NCBI RefSeq assembly: GCF_964194025.1 | Contig: NC_134472.1 | Coordinates: 434,001-468,389 of the forward strand | DNA: 34,389 nt | Reading direction: 5' to 3' | Source: Convolutriloba macropyga | Taxonomy: Eukaryota | Part shown: positions 11,701-24,080 of the stretch, one piece after another | Layout of the letters: each line of letters begins with the position of its first letter | How positions within the stretch are numbered: the stretch's first letter is position 1 | The notes under the pieces: model-generated | The model's database searches: none | What the model was told of the DNA's origin: nothing | What the model saw: the letters and a program-made list of their open reading frames with translations, nothing else | Translations under genes and position numbers: made by a program

Positions 11701-14700
11701 AAAAGCGCTTTCAATATCTTCTCCTCATTGAGTGTATATTTCTGGCTCGTCAGCTTGATAAATTGAGAGAAACAAACAAAACCAATTGCGCCAGTCTTAT
11801 GAAGACATGGCTACATCAAAGCACTTAACAATATTTACAAAGTTTTACATTGCAAATTTCATGGGCATTAGCGTTTCGAAAAGAATAATAAATTTGTTCT
11901 CAGAGCGGCTCAAGAGTTTTTTTTTCTATTAACGTAATAATCAATTATTTTTGAGCACTAAATTTGAGCAAGCACAATAAAGCTATGCAGCCTAATTCTT
12001 GTGTCGCGAGGACAGATTTTCCGTTCGATATTCCAGTTCATTTCAAATAAGGGATATACCCCGCAACCAGACTAGAAACACCACTCAGTCACTTATCCAA
12101 TAAAACAAGCTTAATTTTCTTCCAAAACACTTTTGGAGAAAATTATATATTTGTCTCGTAGATTATGCAAAATGCTCTTCATTTGAGATTGAGTTGTATG
12201 AATCTCTTTCAACCTTTTGGTTATACTTTTACCTGTTTGATGAATCTTTTTTACAGTATTTTGTCCAAAGGTATCTGGTCCAAAAGAAAAGCTAAAGCAG
12301 CGGATGTATAGTGAAAAACCTCAACGCTAATTCTTCTTCTAAAAAGGCAAAAAAACGATTTTTACAATAATGGGCTTTTCAATTACTCAGTACCCCAGCA
12401 TAGGATATTGGACAATTGATTTTTCGATAAATCAAGTGCCTTCAATAATTCTGAACAAACCTCTGCAACTTTGTAGCGTTTTGTTCTCTTTCCAAAATAT
12501 GATTATTTTTTCGACTTTTAAACTTAAAACTTCCTTTTTTTAAAAACAATTCTCGAATTGGAAAAATCTCTACGGTTCATAAAAGAAAAAAGCGCTTTCA
12601 ATATCTTCTCCTCATTGAGTGTATATTTCTGGCTCGTCAGCTTGATAAATTGAGAGAAACAAACAAAACCAATCGCGCCAGTCTTATGAAGACATGGCTA
12701 CATCAAAGCACTTAAAAATATTTACAATGTATTACATTGCAAATTTCAAGGGCAATAGCGTTTCAAAAAATTAAATTTGTTCTCAGAGCGGCTTAAGAGG
12801 CTTTTTTTTCTATTAACGTAATAATCAATTAATTTTTGAGCACCAAATTTGAGCAAGCACAATAAGGCTATGCAGCCTAATTCTTGTGTCGCGAGGACAG
12901 ATTGTCGTTCGATATTCCAGTTCATTTCAAATAAAGGATATACCCCGCAACCAGACAGGAAACACCACTCAGTCACTTATCCAATAAAACAAGCTTAATT
13001 TTTTTCCAAAACACTTTTGAAGAAAATTATATATTTGTCTCGTAGATTATGCAAAATGCTCTTCATTTGAGATTGAGTTGTATGAATCTCTTTTAACCTT
13101 TTGGTTATACTGTTACCTGTTTGATGAATCTTTTTTATTGTATTTTGTCCAAAAAAATTTGGTCCAAAAGAAAAGCTAAAGCAGCGGATGAATAGTGAAA
13201 AACCTAAACGCTAATTCTTCTGCTAAAAAGGCAAAGAACGATGTTTACAATAATGGGCTTTTCAATTTCTAAGTACCCCAGCATGGGATATTGGACAATT
13301 GATTTTTCGATAAATCAAGTGCCTTCAATAATTCTGAACAAACCTCTGCAACTTTGTAGCGTTTTGTTCTCTTTCCAAAATATGATTATTTTCTCGACTT
13401 TTAAACTTAAAACTTGCTTTTACTAAAAACAGTTCTCGAATTGGAAAAATCTCTGCGGTTCATTAAAGACAAAAGCGCTTTCAATATCTTCTCCTCATTG
13501 AGTGTATATTTCTGGCTCGTCAGCTTGATAAATTGAGAGAAACAAACAAAACCAATTGCGCCAGTCTTATGAAGACATGGCTACATCAAAGCACTTAACA
13601 ATATTTACAAAGTTTTACATTGCAAATTTCATGGGCATTAGCGTTTCGAAAAGAATAATAAATTTGTTCTCAGAGCGGCTCAAGAGTTTTTTTTTCTATT
13701 AACGTAATAATCAATTATTTTTGAGCACTAAATTTGAGCAAGCACAATAAAGCTATGCAGCCTAATTCTTGTGTCGCGAGGACAGATTTTCCGTTCGATA
13801 TTCCAGTTCATTTCAAATAAGGGATATACCCCGCAACCAGACTAGAAACACCACTCAGTCACTTATCCAATAAAACAAGCTTAATTTTCTTCCAAAACAC
13901 TTTTGGAGAAAATTATATATTTGTCTCGTAGATTATGCAAAATGCTCTTCATTTGAGATTGAGTTGTATGAATCTCTTTCAACCTTTTGGTTATACTTTT
14001 ACCTGTTTGATGAATCTTTTTTACAGTATTTTGTCCAAAGGTATCTGGTCCAAAAGAAAAGCTAAAGCAGCGGATGTATAGTGAAAAACCTCAACGCTAA
14101 TTCTTCTTCTAAAAAGGCAAAAAAACGATTTTTACAATAATGGGCTTTTCAATTACTCAGTACCCCAGCATAGGATATTGGACAATTGATTTTTCGATAA
14201 ATCAAGTGCCTTCAATAATTCTGAACAAACGTCTGCAACTTTGTAGCGTTTTGTTCTCTTTCCAAAATATGATTATTTTTTCGACTTTTAAACTTAAAAC
14301 TTCCTTTTTTTAAAAACAATTCTCGAATTGGAAAAATCTCTACGGTTCATAAAAGAAAAAAGCGCTTTCAATATCTTCTCCTCATTGAGTGTATATTTCT
14401 GGCTCGTCAGCTTGATAAATTGAGAGAAACAAACAAAACCAATCGCGCCAGTCTTATGAAGACATGGCTACATCAAAGCACTTAAAAATATTTACAATGT
14501 ATTACATTGCAAATTTCAAGGGCAATAGCGTTTCAAAAAATTAAATTTGTTCTCAGAGCGGCTTAAGAGGCTTTTTTTTCTATTAACGTAATAATCAATT
14601 AATTTTTGAGCACCAAATTTGAGCAAGCACAATAAGGCTATGCAGCCTAATTCTTGTGTCGCGAGGACAGATTGTCGTTCGATATTCCAGTTCATTTCAA

Positions 14701-15807
14701 ATAAAGGATATACCCCGCAACCAGACAGGAAACACCACTCAGTCACTTATCCAATAAAACAAGCTTAATTTTTTTCCAAAACACTTTTGAAGAAAATTAT
14801 ATATTTGTCTCGTAGATTATGCAAAATGCTCTTCATTTGAGATTGAGTTGTATGAATCTCTTTTAACCTTTTGGTTATACTGTTACCTGTTTGATGAATC
14901 TTTTTTATTGTATTTTGTCCAAAAAAATTTGGTCCAAAAGAAAAGCTAAAGCAGCGGATGAATAGTGAAAAACCTAAACGCTAATTCTTCTGCTAAAAAG
15001 GCAAAGAACGATGTTTACAATAATGGGCTTTTCAATTTCTAAGTACCCCAGCATGGGATATTGGACAATTGATTTTTCGATAAGTCAAGTGCCTTCAATA
15101 ATTCTGAACAAACCTCTGCAGATTTGTAGCGGTTTGTTCTCTTTTCGAGATATGATTTTTTTCTCGACTTTTAAACTTAAAACTTTCTTTTATTGAAAAC
15201 AGTTCTTGAATTGGCAAAATCTCTGCCGTTCATAAAAGACAAAAGCGCTTACGATATCTTCTTTTCAATGAGTGTATATTTCTGGCTCGTCAGCTTGATA
15301 AATTGAGAGAAACAAACAAAACCAATCGCGCCAGTCTTATGAAGACATGGCTACATCAAAGCACTTAAAAATATTTACAAAGTATTACTTTGCAAATTTC
15401 ATGGGCATTAGCGTTTCGAAATTAATAAATTTCGAAGATAATAAATTTGTTCTCAGAGCGGCTCAAGAGTTTTTTTTTCTGTTAAGGTAATAATCAATTA
15501 ATTTTTGAGCACTAAATTTGAGCAAGCACAATAAGACTATGCAGCCTGATTCTTGTGTCGCGAGGACAGATTTTCCGTTCGATATTCCAGTTCATTTCAA
15601 ATAAGGGATATACCCCGCAACCAGACAAGAAACACCACTCAGTCACTTATCCAATAAAACAAGCTTCAATTCCTTCCAAAACAATTTTGAAGAAAATGAT
15701 ATATTTGTCTCGTAGATTATGCAAAATGCTGTTCATTTGAGAATCAGTTGTTTGAATCTCTATCAAACTTTCGGTTATCCTGTTCGATGAATCTATTTTA
15801 TATTATT
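8710..15807. repeat. Macrosatellite-like tandem array, 8 copies of an ~885-bp monomer
   Basis: GAAAAGCTAAAGCAGCGGATG-containing unit starts recur at ~8721, 9606, 10494, 11396, 12282, 13166, 14052 and 14936; copies differ by scattered SNPs and homopolymer indels. Confidence 0.97.
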
Positions 15808-15949
15808 CGAATTCTAACACAGATTCCTTTACTGTTGTTTATTTAAGTTTACATAAAGATGTCAATTCCCTCACACTTTTTTCTTTTAAGAGTGATTTTT
15901 ATAAATCTCTTTGTGTGATGAAATCGTTTACTAAGTCACTTTGATTATT

Positions 15950-18100
15950 TTGTCTAAGCACGCGCGCTAATGATTTTGATAGTTTGTTAAGATGAAGATA
16001 GTTTGTTAAGTTCAAAAATTGAGGCAATTTTGGTTTTAACTTCCTAAGCTTCCAACCTCTTCTCATTTTTTTTACGAAAGATAATTCTCAGGAGAACGTT
16101 TTGCTGATTTTGTACGACTCCAATGATTTTTATTTGCTACTCTGTAAATCAATAGACCATATTTATACAGCGGTTGTATGTCCTGTTTACAGATTTTTAT
16201 TAGGATACTTAAATTGAGATGGGATCTTGGATGACTCAAACCTATTACACTTAGTTTTCACAGAAGAGACGTCTTCTTTCAAACTTAATTCAGAGTTTAG
16301 CCTCATACCGAAACACTTTGCACAATTTGAGCTGTTTAAAACTTCACGTTCAAAAACTACACGTGCATTTTGATATTTTACACATCTGATTCTAGTTCGG
16401 TTTCAACAAATTGTCCGAATTCGTTTGTATTATCGGCAAATAGCACAGCTTGATTGTTTTCAGGCACGTCAAGTAGATCGTTGATATAGATGATGAACAA
16501 CAGAGTGTTTTTTTTCAGTTGACCATTCATCTCTGATTTGAACGTACTGCGTTATATTTTGTAAAAAATTTTCAAGGTTTTCCAAGAACAGGCACTAAGG
16601 GAAAAACTTTCTCCAATGCAAACACCACAAAACTAATGACCTTTAGAAATTTGTTCGAAAGCCCTTTTTTATCACAGGAAATTTTGTTTTTCAGATTTTT
16701 TGATATATTCTAGACTTCACTTGAATTGCTTCCAGAAAAAGTAATTGAATTGAGGCTTTATGGCATTTTAGAATGGCAACCACGTGATTTTAAGTTTGAT
16801 GATAGGCTAAGTCCTATTCCAACAAAAAATGCTTTCAGTTGTTCTACCTCAATGGTTAAATCTTGGCTTCCTGTGCGATCTTCATTTTTTGTCGTATCGT
16901 CTTGATAACTATGAAAATTTTGTTTGTTATCGTCTTTACTTTTGCCAAATGAACTTTCGTAAAAACTTGCTTGAGCTTTCCTCAAAAATGATTTGACCAA
17001 ATTTTTTTATATAGTTATTTTTATATACGATTTTCTTATTTCATATACTTTCCCATGGTTTTGATTTCTTTTAGTTTGTTAGCCATGTTTTTTTCAACTT
17101 ACTTCCTATTCACCATTTTCTTGAGGTACAAATTGACCAAGAACGACTGTGATTTGGTTATGAAGTGCTGCAAATGCTTCTTCAATTGGAAGGTATTTCA
17201 ATTGCTGCTCATCAGCTTTTATTTTTTGTATAGCTCCCAGTTGAAGTCCAGTCGAAACTCTCTACAATCAATTTTTCTCCATTGCCTGGCCTGAGTCCCC
17301 TCCCCCTTTTCTTAGCTTTAACACTTGAAAACAGACCATAGTTAAAAATGATACTATAATGATTACTTATGGCTATTTTTGAGACCTGGGCACTCTAAAA
17401 TGTGTTGAAATTGAAGAAAATAAGATCTATTATTTCATTCCCCTAGTGCTTCATGATTTGTCGTTTACCAGTGTAAAGTTCAAGGTTCGCAACGGTTCAA
17501 TGAGTTCCCTTTCTTTTTCGACTTTGTTGCTACATTGATTTTAAAGTCGCCACATAAAATAGGATCTGCGTTTGGTTTTCCCACAACAATCAAATGATTC
17601 ATAAGTGCACGAAAAAACATGAACCTTCTAATTAAGGTGACTTGTACAATACAGTTACTAATAAGCCTTTTTTGGTTCTTTCCCATTATAGCCCCCCATG
17701 AAAATATAGCCCCCCCCCCATTATGGTATATTTACCATGATTGGGGGGGGCTATAGGTTATCTGACCACAAAGCTGGGGGGGGGCTATAATGGGAAAGAC
17801 CCCTTTTTTTCTGTTAGGATCCTAACAGTGAGAGTTTGTAAGATCTTCCAGTATGTCTGATGCTCTAATTTCAATTGATTACACTCTGAATACATTAGGG
17901 CCACTCCCCTCCATTCATTTAATCTCCCGCATTACATCTAACGATATTTTTGTATTTAGTTTCGCAAAAAACAAACAAGCTAGACTTCGTTTCCAAAAAA
18001 GTTTCGGTCAGAGCCAATATACTTGATTGATTTTGTGTTTCCGTATAGGCACATAAATATTTGCTCCCATTGAAAGAACGATCTGCAACAGAAAAGCTTT
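15950..18100 (-). mobile_element. Decayed, internally deleted LINE ORF2 (CR1/L2-like: APE endonuclease plus RT)
   Basis: Minus-strand motifs in the expected order: ILALTETFL (~18000-18025), ILCGDFKIN (~17535-17560), IIDLIFF (~17415-17435), LRKAQASFYE (~16960-16985), LLFIIYINDL...LFADNT (~16428-16503), QPLYKYGLLIY (~16143-16175). Confidence 0.85.
17673..17803. mobile_element. Small fold-back MITE-like insertion within the LINE
   Basis: Terminal inverted repeats TCTTTCCCATTATAGCCCCCC / GGGGGGCTATAATGGGAAAGA plus an inner inverted pair; flanked by T runs on both sides. Confidence 0.8.
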
Positions 18101-18586
18101 ATGCATCTAATTTTTTATTTCCCTGCAAAAATTCAAGGTCTTTAGTTATATTTTTCTTTAGTTCTAATTTTCTTTAATTGAGTTTCTCACCTCTATTTGG
18201 TGACCGTCAAATTAACTCAGTTTGCTATTATACGGGTTTAACAAACATCAACTCTCTTCTTTATATCCGTTAAGCAACTCATTGGTTCTCAATTCTGATA
18301 ATTGCCGCAAACTTTCAGCGGATAAGCACTTCCTGTAAACCACTTCCATATGATCCTGGTATAAAAGACAAACATTTGAATAGAATATAGATTTTTATGA
18401 CGTCGTGGATAATCGCTTCCAGTAATTGCATTTGTTTTCTTTCATAAGTGCTTGTTGTGACATTCAGCGGACAATCTCTTCCATTCGCCGAGCTTTTTGC
18501 TATCAGCAATGTTTTATTGAATTCTTCGACATTCATTTAGAATTTTTTCAAACACTGATCAAAAAATATTATTGAAAAAATTTAAA

Positions 18587-18858
18587 GAAATTGTAGTTTC
18601 TATTTTAAACGACAACTTGATTTTGTTCTTTCTAAAGATTCAGTTCAATTATCTTTCAGTTCTAAAGATTCAGCTCAATTACTCGTTCATCAACGAACAA
18701 TTTAATGGAACCAAAAGAGGTTTAAAGTAAACAAAGAGAAGTTGATGCATCTTTATATTCTAGGTGCAAGCTGTCAAAAAACGTTTGATTTCTGATATAT
18801 GAGCTGAAGCTTTAGAAAGAACAAAAATCAAGTTGTTTAATCGAGAAACTACAAGTTC
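18587..18858. mobile_element. MITE-like element with ~60-bp imperfect terminal inverted repeats
   Basis: TTGTAGTTTCT...ACAACTTGATTTTGTTCTTTCTAAAGATTCAG (from 18591) is the reverse complement of CTGAAGCTTTAGAAAGAACAAAAATCAAGTTGT...AGAAACTACAA (to 18854); no ORF. Confidence 0.75.
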
Positions 18859-19429
18859 AATGCAGATAACTCAATACCATTCGCGTCTTCCGAAATTTAT
18901 AATATTCAATTAAACATTTAGCCAACTTTGATCCAAACTTAACTTGCGAACTACCGATAAAAAATTGAATGAATCATTCGATTCTGTTTTCACAATAATC
19001 GAAAAGAAACAGAGAATTCCGTAAACTTTATTTTTCCATAATTCATTTTTGAGAACAATCTGTAATAGGCCAAGTTTAAAATCAACTGATTTCCTTAAAT
19101 AGATTCCATTTTACTCAAAAAAATTAATTTCGTTTCTATTCAATAATTTTGATTTTAATTAGTTTAGCTCAGATTGATTGTGAAGAATGTGCACAAGAAA
19201 AACCATATGAAAAAGCAATAGATAAATCTTAAAAGATCATTCTACTACGCAGTATTAAAGAATGGTCTCTCGTTGTGATTCCCAAAAGCGAATAGCCAGA
19301 ATAGTTGCAAGGTTTAACAGAACAGTGAAATCTTGTGTAGACACTTATTCGGATAACTCTGATCAATTATTTTCAACCATTGAAGATATTTGAATGTGAA
19401 CCGACCAGCTTCAGTTTTATTGCTCTCCA

Positions 19430-19555
19430 ACAACACACTGGGGGCAATATAATTTAGAGCGGGTGCAGCTTAGAAATGCATTCTGAGTGTGGAACGGAAC
19501 CACAGAGATTCAAACCAGGTTGGCAGAACGACATCTTAACCACTCAGCTACAATG
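19430..19555 (-). mobile_element. tRNA-derived SINE head (degenerate)
   Basis: Minus strand has A-box TAGCTGAGTGG (~19540-19550) and B-box-like GGTTTGAATCT (~19506-19516) with no complete cloverleaf. The 3' boundary is uncertain. Confidence 0.6.
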
Positions 19556-20395
19556 ACTTTGCTCTCCTTTGACTCACAATCACTTTTAGCAACCAACTTG
19601 ATTTCAGAACAAGAACAACTTAATCACTAAAAAAATGCAGAGCTAACGAGTGAACAAGTCATTCAAGTCAAAGAATATTTCAGAACGAAGGCGCAAAACG
19701 GTCAAAAACCCTCGATATTCATCAATTCATTGATCAAAATTGACCTGACCGTCAAATTAGGCTCAATATTAAAATTATCTCAACAATTGTATGTATTTAT
19801 ACTTTAAAGACTTTGAACACATTTAGTTCTCGTGAAACTCAAAACTTAAATTCTTGTCATGATAAAAACTGATTTTCTCTTTTATAGAATGTCCTATATA
19901 TAGAATTGACAAATCAAAGAGAAACATAGCCTGCAGATTGCCGGAACACAGCAACCGTTGACACGCTTGATGCACATCGGGATTGAAACAGAAAAAGAAA
20001 AAAAGAAGAGATAAATTGACCGATTTTTTTTTGTTTTTTTTCAGTGTCAAAAAGTGTTCTAATTTGGCGTGCAGTTTCAGTTGGATTCTAAAACTATACA
20101 TAATTCAGCTTCTAAACTGAAAGCTAATAACCTTAATACCAATGTCATCTAGCAAACACTCTAATGAACTTTGATAACCTACTTCTCAATGACTTAATGG
20201 GCTTTATCGGTTTATCCCGTCTCTTTTGATTTCGATCTTTTGACTTTGACAGTATTCACCACATTGCATAATTGAATTTAAAACATGAAAAAATACGTGA
20301 AAAAATAGTGAATGAATTAAGTCAGAAGTCAAACGTGAAACTCGCGAATTATGTAAAACGAAAACCGTGATCAAAAGGTAAAGCGAACTAAAAAA

Positions 20396-21614
20396 CATAG
20401 CAGGACAAGTCCTGACGCACAATTCAAAGAATTTTCATTGACTAAACAGAAAAACATGACCTAGAACGGACTATGAGTGAATTGAGAAAATGCCGCATGT
20501 GAACAAAAAACCAATAACGAGAAATTAAAATTTAATTCAAACAAAGAAATTAGGCCTAGAATGAGCCGTGAATGGATTGGGAAAACCATTTAGAAAAAAG
20601 CCGATCCAAAAGATTGCAAAAACAGTAAAAATCAGAGTGAAATTACCGCATGTGAACAAAAAACCACTACCGAAAAACCGAATTTTTGTTCAAACATCGT
20701 TTTCTCACTCTAATTTAAAATTAGAGCGAAAAGAATTCACGCCGCAAAACCGCTCACTTTTTTGCTCCCTTTCCTGTTCCGGCGTGACCAAAATCACTAC
20801 TCCACTTTGACTTCAAAAATCATGAAAATGTGTGAACAGATCTTAAAAAAAAGACAGCGCCCCAATACAATTCAAATTCTTTGAATTGTAAAAACAGAGC
20901 AGGACAAGTCCTGACGTACAATTCAAAGAATTCTCATTAACTAATCAAAAAAATAGACCTAGAACGGAATATGGGTGATTTTGGAAAACCATTTTTAAAA
21001 AAATATCAAAACAAATTGAAAAAAAAACAGAAAATCAATGTCAAAACGCCGCATGTGAACAAAAATCCATTAACGAGAAATGGAAATTTGGCTAAAAACA
21101 AATAACTAGGCCTAGAATGAACTATAAATGGACTGGGGAAAACCGTTTAGAAAACAAAATCCGATCCAAAAAATTGGAAAAAAAAACAATAAAAATTAAA
21201 GTGAAATTGCCGCATGTGAACAAAAAAACCACTAGCGAGTAATTAAAATTTAATTCAAACAAAGAAATTAGGCCTAGAATGAGCCGTGAATGGATCGGGA
21301 AAACCATTTAGAAAAAAAATCCGATCCATAAAATCGGAAAGAACAGTAAAAATTAGAGTGAAATTATCGCATCTGAACAAAAAACCACTACCGAGAAACC
21401 GAATTTTTGTTCAAACACCGTTTTCTCACTCTACTTTAAAATTAGAGCGAAAAGAATTCACGCCGCAAAATCGCTCACTTTTTTGCTCCCTTTCCTGTTT
21501 CGGCGTGACCAAAATCACTACTCCACTTTGACTTCAAAAATCATGAAAATGTGTGAACAGATCTTTAAAAAAGACAGCGCCCCAAGACAATTCAAATTCT
21601 TTGAATTGTAAAAA
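20396..21614 (-). mobile_element. Two head-to-tail copies of a non-autonomous Helentron-type (HINE/DINE-1-like) element
   Basis: Copies at 20396-20894 and 20895-21614. Each has 15-bp subterminal inverted repeats ACAATTCAAAGAATT/AATTCTTTGAATTGT, a hairpin overlapping one subTIR, a CAGGAC-AA-GTCCTG stem-loop outside the other, internal subrepeats (GCCGCATGTGAACAAAAA) and A/T-run boundaries. Confidence 0.72.
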
Positions 21615-22214
21615 GGAGAGCACCTAAAAAACTGTTCTTCTTCAGTCACAGTTAATTCTTGCTTCCTGAGCTACCTACAAAGATGTTTTGAACAAGACAT
21701 CAAACCAAAATTACGTCTCTTGAGGTAATCAAAACTTAAAGCACCTGAAAGTTTTGAAGACTCGTTAATAAAATTGACCAAGCTCAAACATGTTTTCCCA
21801 ATTAAATAGAATAGTGCAAATAAAAAACAAGCTGAGCAAAGCAAATTCTCTTTTTAACAATACGGCTCATGTGTGTCTGTGCGTAGCACAATGTTCCAAC
21901 ATACCTCTCAAGTTTGCACAAACAACTTTTAAATTCCATCAGAGAAAACGTTGCAATTATCCGAAAGCAATTTGTGCATTGGAGAAAAATTATTTGTACT
22001 GATTGAACCAAAAAATATGCCTTCCTTTTTTCGGCAGACAAAAACGAAAACCCTCCAACTCATTCCAGAAAAAAAGGGTAAACGAATAACGAATATGAAA
22101 GACACAGACATATTAATTCCAAATAAACACGCACATCATTGAGTTTTTTGTCATTGAGTTTTGCATTCTGCCTATGTGTGTTTAACTTTTAAAGAACCTA
22201 ACTCTCTCAGACCA

Positions 22215-23135
22215 GTTCCTTCTCTCTTTTTCTTACATAAAAATCCACGCACGTTACACACACTCATTCCCATACATACACCACACAAGTGCGCGTACAA
22301 GCACACAGACCCAAAACCGAGCACCAAAAAAAAGATTTTGAATTTTTTGTCATATGATCATTACACAAGGTTCGTCGCCGTTCATTTATGTCTCGATTGT
22401 TTTCCGGCAAAACTAGGTGTGGACTTACGGCGGCAACTGTAACGGTAATCAAAAAGTTGACACTAAAATTTGAAACGAACTCTTTAAAATTTTTTGTCAG
22501 TTTTTATATTTCATGAGCATAATGGGACAATTCATCATCTTAAAATGTAAAATGTTGCGGCCGTGTTAACAACAAGACCTTACTAACACACGAGTTTAGT
22601 ACTGTACAAATTTGAAGCCGTAATTGGTAGCAAAATATGAGTACGTATTCTGATTTTTCGGAATAACGGTCGGTTTTTGCTCTCTGGCTATACTTGAGTA
22701 TCATTTACAGTGATTAACTCTTTCGCAATAACTCTGTTTTCACTCTTTCTCTCTCTCGCTGGCACAGATATCAATCACATTACACATACACGCACCCATA
22801 CACACACAAAAACCCAAAACTCACAACAAAAAAAATATTAAAATCTTTTTGCGCCTCTGATTTTTACAAGTTTCGTCACTGTTGATTTAAGTCTTTACTG
22901 TTTTGGTTGGAAAACTATGCGCGGCCTTATTGAGTCAATTGTTTCGGCAATTGTAAAACTGACACTAAAAATTGAAATGAACGTTATGAAGTTTGTCGAA
23001 ACAATTTGTCAATTTCTACGTTTCACGAGCCTTATCGGCCTAACGATTTTTTGAAATCTCCTGGATGTATAACCAGATAAATTTAAAAAACAGTTTTGGT
23101 TTTGAATGTATTTTAAACCGCAATTTGTAGCAAAT
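22215..23135. repeat. Old diverged direct duplication (~500-bp period) with CA-rich heads
   Basis: Colinear similar blocks: ACAAGGTTCGTCGCCGTT/ACAAGTTTCGTCACTGTT, TGACACTAAAATTTGAAA/TGACACTAAAAATTGAAA, CCGTAATTGGTAGCAAA/CCGCAATTTGTAGCAAA. Confidence 0.7.
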
Positions 23136-23559
23136 GATAGGCAATTTTCTAGTTTTTTGCTGTTTTTGCACTATTAGTCTGATAGTCTGATGTATAAAGG
23201 AACCTTGAAAGCTATCCTTAGACTTATTTAGTTGATAGAGAAACCTTGGTTAACAGTAATTGTTTCGGTTTGTTCCTATCAATCTTTTTGATAATTTTTA
23301 TGTTGACAGTTTCAAGAAAAACTTCGTTTGTCATATAAGGATTTCCACAATCAACAAACTTCACAGTTTTTTCATTTTACAGCAACGCTCGAAGACTGGA
23401 AAAGATTAGTTCAAAAACCTTTCCAAAAAACAAACGTGATAAAACTCAACCTTTCGAAAAAATTATAAACATTTGGACTAAATTTCTTAACTTGGCTATT
23501 CATAAGTTTTCTTACACTCAAATGCCCATCTATTTTAATGGACTAGAAGTGAATAATTT

Positions 23560-24080
23560 GAATGATCTGTTCCGACAATATAAAGAATACGGAAAGAATA
23601 AATGGTTTCGATCTTTACTTTTTCAATAATGAAATTGCTTGATCTGATGTTTTCTTATATCAAGGATTTGATAATGAAATAGTACATTCTCGTGAAATAA
23701 GAAGAGTTCTATTAAGTTTGATCTGATTTCATATGGTTGCAAAAACAACTCTATAATCCAGAGTATGTAAGTTAAATTTAGCTATTTTCAGAGCTCTCAA
23801 TTGCATACGTCTTCGCTTTTCCAAAATATCTTTTCGATACATATTAAAAATTGGTTCCTGCAATAGTACTTAACAAGCAGACACAGAGATACGGATAAAT
23901 TTTTTGAACAAAGTTTCAAAAAAACTGCTCTTTTGAAATTTTTGGTCAAATAATTTCAAAAGTTAAGTTTCCTGCATGAAATTGTAAAGAACTACTGGTG
24001 ACCAATCTACAACTTACCCTAAATAAATGTACTATCAGTTTCCATTTGTTTTTATCTTAAACTTAACAAGATCTTGTCAC
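23560..24080 (-). mobile_element. Possible very old LINE RT C-terminal fragment
   Basis: Minus translation LEKRRRMQLRALKIAKFNLHTLDYR, then after a frameshift LFLQPYEIRSNLIEL, loosely resembles the CR1/L2 ORF2 tail (LE..QRRA.K...LDY..RL..L.L.PL); weak. Confidence 0.3.

Noticed and set aside
10862-15740. Short ORFs within the satellite
   Set aside because: Open in only some copies, broken by homopolymer indels in others, and no recognisable domain.
8710-15807. CRISPR, rDNA or snRNA/SL-RNA array interpretation of the 885-bp repeat
   Set aside because: No repeat-spacer structure and no rRNA motifs. An Sm-like AATTTTTGA with a small hairpin (~9270) is not conserved in all copies and has no recognisable snRNA body.
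18315-18536. LINE ORF1 remnant
   Set aside because: Position and strand fit, but there is no recognisable motif.
19480-19555. Functional tRNA gene
   Set aside because: A and B boxes are present but there are no acceptor or anticodon stems; better explained as a SINE head.
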